Shown: in pieces, positions 55,867 through 61,589 of the stretch
Numbering within the stretch: the stretch's first letter is position 1
How the letters are laid out: every line of letters starts with the position of its first letter
Virus record (IMG/VR): IMGVR_UViG_3300027759_006101
Coordinates: 1-64,000 of that record
Strand: one strand, 5' to 3'
Length of the DNA stretch: 64,000 bases
Program-made: the position numbers and the translations under genes
Notes under the pieces: model-generated
What the model saw: only the letters and a program-made list of their open reading frames with translations
Told to the model about the DNA's origin: nothing
Databases searched by the model: none

Positions 55867-56358
55867 TCAAGAACCAACTTTCTTAAATTTATTAGCAGAA
55901 GCCTTTACACTTCTTGCAGCTTCTAAATCAAATCTATCTTTAGTTCTTTGTTTTCTAAACTCATTGACATTTTCTGTTGAGAGAAAATGATCTCTAAGAG
56001 CTAATTTTGCCCTATCTGTCAGTTCTACAGATCTGCCATAGCCTGTTATTAATCCAGCTGTTTTCAATGCAAGCAAATCATTATCAGAAATATTGTTTGG
56101 AACACTGCAGACTTTTCCATCTTTGTTTAAGGCCAATTGAGACGCTGCAGTAACAAGTTCGTCAGTAGAAGCATCTATAGTCCTAAGCATATCAATATAT
56201 CTAGTGCTCAATTTAGCTGCTTCTGCCTTTTTAGGTTGTTGGGAAACTCCTAATAGTTGAATTTGGATGTCTGATAATCCAAGTCCTTCCATTGATGGGC
56301 CGTCAAATAATTCTGCGTGTAAATCTAAACTATGTACTGGTTTAATTGGTATTGGCAT
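55867..56358 (-). CDS. Hypothetical head-associated protein, possible read-through fusion to DUF192
   Basis: Start moved to ATG 56358 after an AAGGAG SD; winged-helix-like LLALKTAGLITGYGRSVELTDRAK; ends KFKKVGS-TGA. Confidence 0.7.
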   Translation of the reverse strand: MPIPIKPVHSLDLHAELFDGPSMEGLGLSDIQIQLLGVSQQPKKAEAAKLSTRYIDMLRTIDASTDELVTAASQLALNKDGKVCSVPNNISDNDLLALKTAGLITGYGRSVELTDRAKLALRDHFLSTENVNEFRKQRTKDRFDLEAARSVKASANKFKKVGS

Positions 56359-56368
56359 AATAATCTCC

Positions 56369-56809
56369 TTATCTGTTTGGTAATCTATTTTTCCAAGCAT
56401 TGCCTTCGTCTACATTTTTCTGATATGTTTCTTCCCAAGTAAAAGATAAAGTATCTCCCGCCATAGATGGGCTTGATGCTAAATTTCCTGGATCGATATA
56501 TGCTGGACCTGGAACACTATCTGGGCCGTGCAATAAGCCTTCAATGTTTGGACCATCTTGCTCTCCACCCAAATCAAAATAATCTCTAACAAATCTATTG
56601 GGTTTTATCTTTTGTCTAAAGTAGTCATTTTCTTTATATTCATCTTCAATTTCTTCATATTCAACAAAATGAACGTGTGGCACCTTAGTTACCGACTGTT
56701 GAGGATAGTATTGAGCAAATTTGTTGAATAATTTGTCAGACTGAGCGAATTTGCCTGATGAATCTAATTTTTCACAAAGGTCCAGCAAAAGTAAAATTTG
56801 TTTATTCAT
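56369..56809 (-). CDS. Hypothetical protein
   Basis: Start moved to ATG 56809, 1 nt after the upstream stop; MNKQILLLLDLCEKLDSSGKFAQSDKLFNKFAQ. Confidence 0.65.
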   Translation of the reverse strand: MNKQILLLLDLCEKLDSSGKFAQSDKLFNKFAQYYPQQSVTKVPHVHFVEYEEIEDEYKENDYFRQKIKPNRFVRDYFDLGGEQDGPNIEGLLHGPDSVPGPAYIDPGNLASSPSMAGDTLSFTWEETYQKNVDEGNAWKNRLPNR

Positions 56810-56810
56810 T

Positions 56811-57800
56811 TTAAAATGTTGGTCCCATAAATCCACTTAATAATGTGTCATATTGCTCTTCGACACTTGCATCTTCAGTTGGTGTTGGTTTTACAAAATT
56901 AAAATAAGAAGAAGGCATTTTTGGTTGACGTATATTACTTTCAATAGATTGGAATGGGTCTATTTGTTTTAATTCTGCACTTTCTTCACCAGTAAACTTT
57001 CTAGGAGTTAAATTGACATTTGCATCAGGATTTGGATAAGTCAATAAGGTGTCTTTCAATTGGTATTCTTGATAACCGTCTTGATCTGGTGTATTGACAT
57101 TTATCAAATCATCAAAGTATTGTTCTAAATCAGATCCGTGTTCTAACAATGGGGTTTTACCTAACGGTTCATTACTGATTTGTTCTACATCATATCTATT
57201 TCTTGGCTCAGCATATTCTTCAGTAATTCTATTTCTTCTTTTGATTTGATAGTCTTCTGCTACACGGTTTATGTCATTTTCTGAAATTGCAAAGTGAATT
57301 CTTGATGGTTTGTCTGGATCTTTGTATTCTTCTCCCATAAACTTATAATCTTTTTTGTATTTATGCCTGTCTTCTAAAGACTGTTCCATAGTCATAAGAT
57401 GCTCAGGTTTAGCATTAAAATTTTGTTTTATGTACTGGGGAGAGTTTTTATGTAAATCGTTAGCTGCATTTTCTAAAGACTGTTTGTAATTATGAAGTTG
57501 AGCACGAAGTTTAGCTCTCATTCTTTCTTCAGGGGTTAAATTGTATGGAATTGATTCTTCGTAATGTTTATGTTGTGGAGTAAGACGGCTTTCGATATTT
57601 GCATCTCTGCCATCAAATTCCATATGGGTTTTACGGAGCAACTTATCAAAATTTGCGTCTTCATCGACATACAAATTTATCTCATGTCCGCCTCTATTGT
57701 TACCACCCTTACCAATAGGACTTTTTCCAGGCATGAATGGAGACACTTGTCCGCCGCCACCAACGCCTCCAAATTGTGCTATACGAATATTTTCAGACAT
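56811..57800 (-). CDS. Hypothetical head-associated protein
   Basis: 329 aa, starts MSENIRIAQFGG. Confidence 0.65.
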   Translation of the reverse strand: MSENIRIAQFGGVGGGGQVSPFMPGKSPIGKGGNNRGGHEINLYVDEDANFDKLLRKTHMEFDGRDANIESRLTPQHKHYEESIPYNLTPEERMRAKLRAQLHNYKQSLENAANDLHKNSPQYIKQNFNAKPEHLMTMEQSLEDRHKYKKDYKFMGEEYKDPDKPSRIHFAISENDINRVAEDYQIKRRNRITEEYAEPRNRYDVEQISNEPLGKTPLLEHGSDLEQYFDDLINVNTPDQDGYQEYQLKDTLLTYPNPDANVNLTPRKFTGEESAELKQIDPFQSIESNIRQPKMPSSYFNFVKPTPTEDASVEEQYDTLLSGFMGPTF

Positions 57801-57809
57801 AATGATTTT

Positions 57810-57836
57810 TTCTTATTTTAAAATTTATAATCCTTT
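57810..57836 (-). promoter_or_regulatory. Putative late promoter AAAGG-N18-AGAA
   Basis: AAAGG ATTATAAATTTTAAAATA AGAA, 9 nt before ATG 57800. Confidence 0.7.
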
Positions 57837-57845
57837 ATACTTTAA

Positions 57846-59957
57846 TCATCTTCTGTTCAAATTGACCATTTTTGATTTAGGCAATCTTGCGATAATTTTA
57901 GAAGTAAGACATTCAAAAGAAACTGCGGCAACACAGTCACATATGTCGTCTTTGTAACCAGACAATGCTTCGATATAGTATCTTTTGCCTTTCCATTTTT
58001 TTTGCAAGAATAAAAACTGAGTTTTTGCTTCTTGAACTTCATTTAGTGGTTGTAGTGTATTGTGCATATCTGCGTAACTACCACCTGATAAATCATAGAC
58101 ATCAATCCTGTCATCTCTAATTAATTGAGCTAATTCTGTATAGATTTTTTCTTTATATTCTTTATTAAATTGTCTCTCTATAATTGGAACGCCATAACTT
58201 TGAAGCTTTATAACTGATGATTGTGAATTCCAGTGATCAATTGAAACTTGCTTAAATCTAAATCTACGATGTAAATCAATTACATAGTCTTCAACTTCTT
58301 TTTCTTTGACAGGTTGATTTCTTGTAAGAGGATTCCAAAAATGGATATGATCTATGACAACTCTCTTAAGAGGTGTATGGTCAGGCCCAATAGTCCCATA
58401 CATTGTCTCTGTATGAGCAATGACAAGAGCATAATAGTCAGATGTTCTCGCAGGGTCAATATGGCAAAAATATTCGAAAAGACCGTCTGGCATTTCTTTT
58501 CTTTTAACCATATTTTGACTTTTGAACATTTTATCTATATCTTCGGACATAAACATAGGGTCTGATGATGAAGCACCAAACTCAGCTCCATATTGCATTT
58601 GAAATTCTTGTGGGTCTTTTCTCTTTTGCCCATCAAGCCATTCTTTATCAATGTTTGGATTAGTAAGCCAAGTAGGAAGTCTCATCACAAGAGTTGTTGG
58701 ATCTTCCTGTCTATTTTCATGCAAGTCATATAGCAATCCAATAGGGCCTTTGGGGTTGGAAAGAAGCATCATTTTGCCATCTTTACCAAATGTAGCTAGT
58801 GATGGCTTCAAATCATCATAAAGACCGTAGTCAACGCCAGAATCTGGATTATCTCCTGCCATGGCTGCAACTTCGTCCATAATAATAGACCAACAAGTAA
58901 GACCAACAAGACCTGAAGCATTACTACTACCACATCTTAGGACTAATGATCCAGCAAAAGGATTGATTTTATCTTCTGCTCTTCTGACATTTTCTTCCCT
59001 ATCGTGTTCAGTATAAAACCTCATTTCAAGTTCAGTATCTTTACCTATATATGGAGCAAAAAATGGAGAAGCCAGAACTGTCTGTTTGATTTTTGAGAAG
59101 ATTGCTTTTTTAGCCTGTTCTTCATTTCTAGCAACGTTCAAGAGTACAATCTCATCAAATTCCATTAGTCCATATCTTGCTTGTGGATGACCCATAGATA
59201 TTAAACGATATAATTCATAAAGAGCCATAGCAGATACAAGGAACGATTTGCCAGAACGTCTCCCCAGTACTAAGACTAATTCTTCAAACTTGTATCTTTT
59301 TGTGCATTTTTCTTGAACTTGCATCCTTAGTTTTGGATCAAATTCCTCAGAATACAATAAATCGTTTTCTGTTTGAAACCCATCTATTATTGGCCTTGAT
59401 TCTAATACTTCTACCTGTCTTTCAGCATCTGGATTAGTTGCTTCTTGACGAGCATATCTATATCTTTCATCTCTTACGTTACTGTCAAGCCTAGAACACT
59501 GTAAACAAGGCGAATTTACAACGTTAAAAATAGTTTTAAATTGCTTTTCTTGTTCTCTAGCTTTAAAGAAAGCAGTTTCATTTTTATGGACATAATTCCA
59601 TACGCAACCATTACATCCAGAATCTGATTTATCATCTAAAATTGTAAGACTGGTATTTCCTTCCTGACCCATATAAAAACATTTCAAAATTAATTTTTGC
59701 CAAGGATAAGGCCTTAAATTACAAAAATACGGATGCTCAATAAATGTAATAATGTCTACAATTTGGTCAGGATTGAATCTATCTTTTGCAGGTTTGGCAG
59801 GAGGTGCAACTTCTTGTCTTCTTGCTGGAACAATTTCATCAGCAAAATCATTTGCATATTCAGTATCTTTGAAAAGTTCAGTTACAGAATTGGCTTGTTG
59901 TAGAAGCTGACTTCTAAGTTCATTGGAAGACTTGACTACAGGAGTTGGTTTTCTCAT
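57846..59957 (-). CDS. terL: Terminase large subunit
   Basis: Walker A LGRRSGKS, Walker B IIMDE, LSNP coupling motif, FQMQYGAEF, nuclease HIDPA and KDDICD. Confidence 0.95.
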   Translation of the reverse strand: MRKPTPVVKSSNELRSQLLQQANSVTELFKDTEYANDFADEIVPARRQEVAPPAKPAKDRFNPDQIVDIITFIEHPYFCNLRPYPWQKLILKCFYMGQEGNTSLTILDDKSDSGCNGCVWNYVHKNETAFFKAREQEKQFKTIFNVVNSPCLQCSRLDSNVRDERYRYARQEATNPDAERQVEVLESRPIIDGFQTENDLLYSEEFDPKLRMQVQEKCTKRYKFEELVLVLGRRSGKSFLVSAMALYELYRLISMGHPQARYGLMEFDEIVLLNVARNEEQAKKAIFSKIKQTVLASPFFAPYIGKDTELEMRFYTEHDREENVRRAEDKINPFAGSLVLRCGSSNASGLVGLTCWSIIMDEVAAMAGDNPDSGVDYGLYDDLKPSLATFGKDGKMMLLSNPKGPIGLLYDLHENRQEDPTTLVMRLPTWLTNPNIDKEWLDGQKRKDPQEFQMQYGAEFGASSSDPMFMSEDIDKMFKSQNMVKRKEMPDGLFEYFCHIDPARTSDYYALVIAHTETMYGTIGPDHTPLKRVVIDHIHFWNPLTRNQPVKEKEVEDYVIDLHRRFRFKQVSIDHWNSQSSVIKLQSYGVPIIERQFNKEYKEKIYTELAQLIRDDRIDVYDLSGGSYADMHNTLQPLNEVQEAKTQFLFLQKKWKGKRYYIEALSGYKDDICDCVAAVSFECLTSKIIARLPKSKMVNLNRR

Positions 59958-60637
59958 TAATTGTCTTGTTGAATTTTATTTCTAAGAGCAACAATCTCTT
60001 CTCTGATGATTCTCTTATCGTTTTCATTTTCCATTCTTTCATGCAATGTGGCAAGAATTTCGAAAATATTGATGTTGTAGATTCCTTGATTATCTCTTGA
60101 ATCTTTGACCATTAATATTTTGGTGATAAGTTTTTCTACCATTGATGCTCTTTTAAGTTTCATTTCTGAATTTTTTGAGCAATCAATTCCTCTTACATCA
60201 TCAAGTTCTACAAGCAAAGCCGTTAGCGCTAAATGATGTTCTCTAAATATCCAAGGAGCAATAAGTTCTTCTCTTTGCTCGTAGTTTTTTAATCCTGATG
60301 TGGAAATCTTTTTTAAATCGCAGTGTTGCTCCATATGGGTATTGATCTGCATCCAGTTTAATTGGGCATCATAATACTCGGCAAAAAATCTTATAACTGC
60401 TTGGTTTTTTCTTCCAGATTCAAGATAAACGTGTTCTAATAAATCACGGAATGGAGATGTGCATAAAGCGCATCTTGGCTCGACAAATTGAGGATAAGAA
60501 ATATCGCTCATACTGTCAGGAGGAAGAGGCTTGAGTGGCTTGTCTGTTTCTTTTAGATCTCTGAAATATCTAGTGGGTTTTTTTGGACCATCATCGGGAA
60601 CAATCAAAGCGTCAATTGTTTCTTTATTATCTTCCAT
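59957..60637 (-). CDS. Putative terminase small subunit
   Basis: Stop overlaps the TerL start (TAATG); CALC...H...HC Zn motif followed by a helical region. Confidence 0.55.
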   Translation of the reverse strand: MEDNKETIDALIVPDDGPKKPTRYFRDLKETDKPLKPLPPDSMSDISYPQFVEPRCALCTSPFRDLLEHVYLESGRKNQAVIRFFAEYYDAQLNWMQINTHMEQHCDLKKISTSGLKNYEQREELIAPWIFREHHLALTALLVELDDVRGIDCSKNSEMKLKRASMVEKLITKILMVKDSRDNQGIYNINIFEILATLHERMENENDKRIIREEIVALRNKIQQDN

Positions 60638-60643
60638 TTACTC

Positions 60644-60650
60644 ATTATAC
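60644..60650 (-). promoter_or_regulatory. GTATAAT -10 box 6 nt before the TerS-candidate ATG
   Basis: TTGTATAAT GAGTAA ATG. Confidence 0.55.
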
Positions 60651-60652
60651 AA

Positions 60653-60686
60653 AATAAACAAGCCGCATATTTGCGGCTTGTTTATT
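60653..60686. terminator. Rho-independent terminator, 15-bp perfect stem
   Basis: AATAAACAAGCCGCA-TATT-TGCGGCTTGTTTATT. Confidence 0.85.
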
Positions 60687-60701
60687 AATTTCAAGATATA
60701 A

Positions 60702-61415
60702 CTAATCTGCTAAAGCTCTTTTAAGCCTTTGATATGGAGAAACTGAATCTGCTGCCTTGACAAGATACTCATCTGCTAGGCCGAAATCAGCGTAGTTCCC
60801 TTCGTTAAATTTATTGCTTGAAGAAGTTGCTGAAGACAAATCAACTTCAGCTGTGCCTTTTCTCATTGATACAACATACTTATTGTTTGATGCTGTTTTG
60901 ATTTCTGCATCTTGTGATTGAGCAATTAAGACATTGTTCAATAAAGTTTCTTCAATGAAAGGCTTGAGGGCAACGTGTAAATTGTCCATGCCAACTCTTG
61001 TAGACTTAGCCATTTCAGCCCATCTTTGCCATTGAGATAAACCCTTTTCATCTGTCTTAACAATTGAATGTGGTCCAGTGCAAAGTTTCTTGACAAATTC
61101 TTTAGCTGACAATTTAGTAAGAGTTTTTTCAATTATAGGAGCGCAATCAGAGTACCTAGTAGGAACGACAGAAACTTCAATCGCATCTCTTTGTTTGACT
61201 TTTTCAGCAGAGTCAAATAACTTGGAAGCAACTCTATTAGCAATGTCCAAATCAAAATTGTCGGCTGCAAGTAATTCTACAACTTCGGACTTATCAAAAC
61301 CTTGATTTTTATATTTTTGTGCTTGGCTATTGGCTACAACAAAAACACCATCATGATGTGAGCGTAATTCATTGCGCCAGTTGTAAATCATGTCATTTGA
61401 ATTGTTTTCAGACAT
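60702..61415 (-). CDS. Hypothetical protein with KxAS motifs
   Basis: 237 aa; NRVASK, IKTASN; GGGGA SD. Confidence 0.7.
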   Translation of the reverse strand: MSENNSNDMIYNWRNELRSHHDGVFVVANSQAQKYKNQGFDKSEVVELLAADNFDLDIANRVASKLFDSAEKVKQRDAIEVSVVPTRYSDCAPIIEKTLTKLSAKEFVKKLCTGPHSIVKTDEKGLSQWQRWAEMAKSTRVGMDNLHVALKPFIEETLLNNVLIAQSQDAEIKTASNNKYVVSMRKGTAEVDLSSATSSSNKFNEGNYADFGLADEYLVKAADSVSPYQRLKRALAD

Positions 61416-61469
61416 TATCTTTCCCCTAAGATTTTTTTTTGAATTCCACTAAAAAGGACTTAAATAAAT

Positions 61470-61507
61470 AAAACCTCTAGACGTACTTTTAATGTCTCAG
61501 AGGTTTT
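61470..61507. other. Interrupted stem-loop in the divergent intergenic region
   Basis: AAAACCTCT AGAC-N11-GTCT C AGAGGTTTT. Confidence 0.55.
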
Positions 61508-61552
61508 TGTGGAACATATTTATATAATACGAGAATTTCAAAAATATATTCC

Positions 61553-61579
61553 AAAGGTTAAGATAGTAGATTTGTAAAA
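61553..61579 (+). promoter_or_regulatory. Near-match late promoter AAAGG-N18-AAAA
   Basis: One mismatch to the motif, 10 nt before ATG 61590. Confidence 0.4.
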
Positions 61580-61589
61580 TAAGAAATGT

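Noticed and set aside
48118-59957. Inteins in the portal or terminase
   Set aside because: No Hint block A/B/G motifs or C-terminal His-Asn followed by Cys/Ser/Thr at a plausible junction; the nuclease is terminal and the TerL insertion is a short Cys-rich segment
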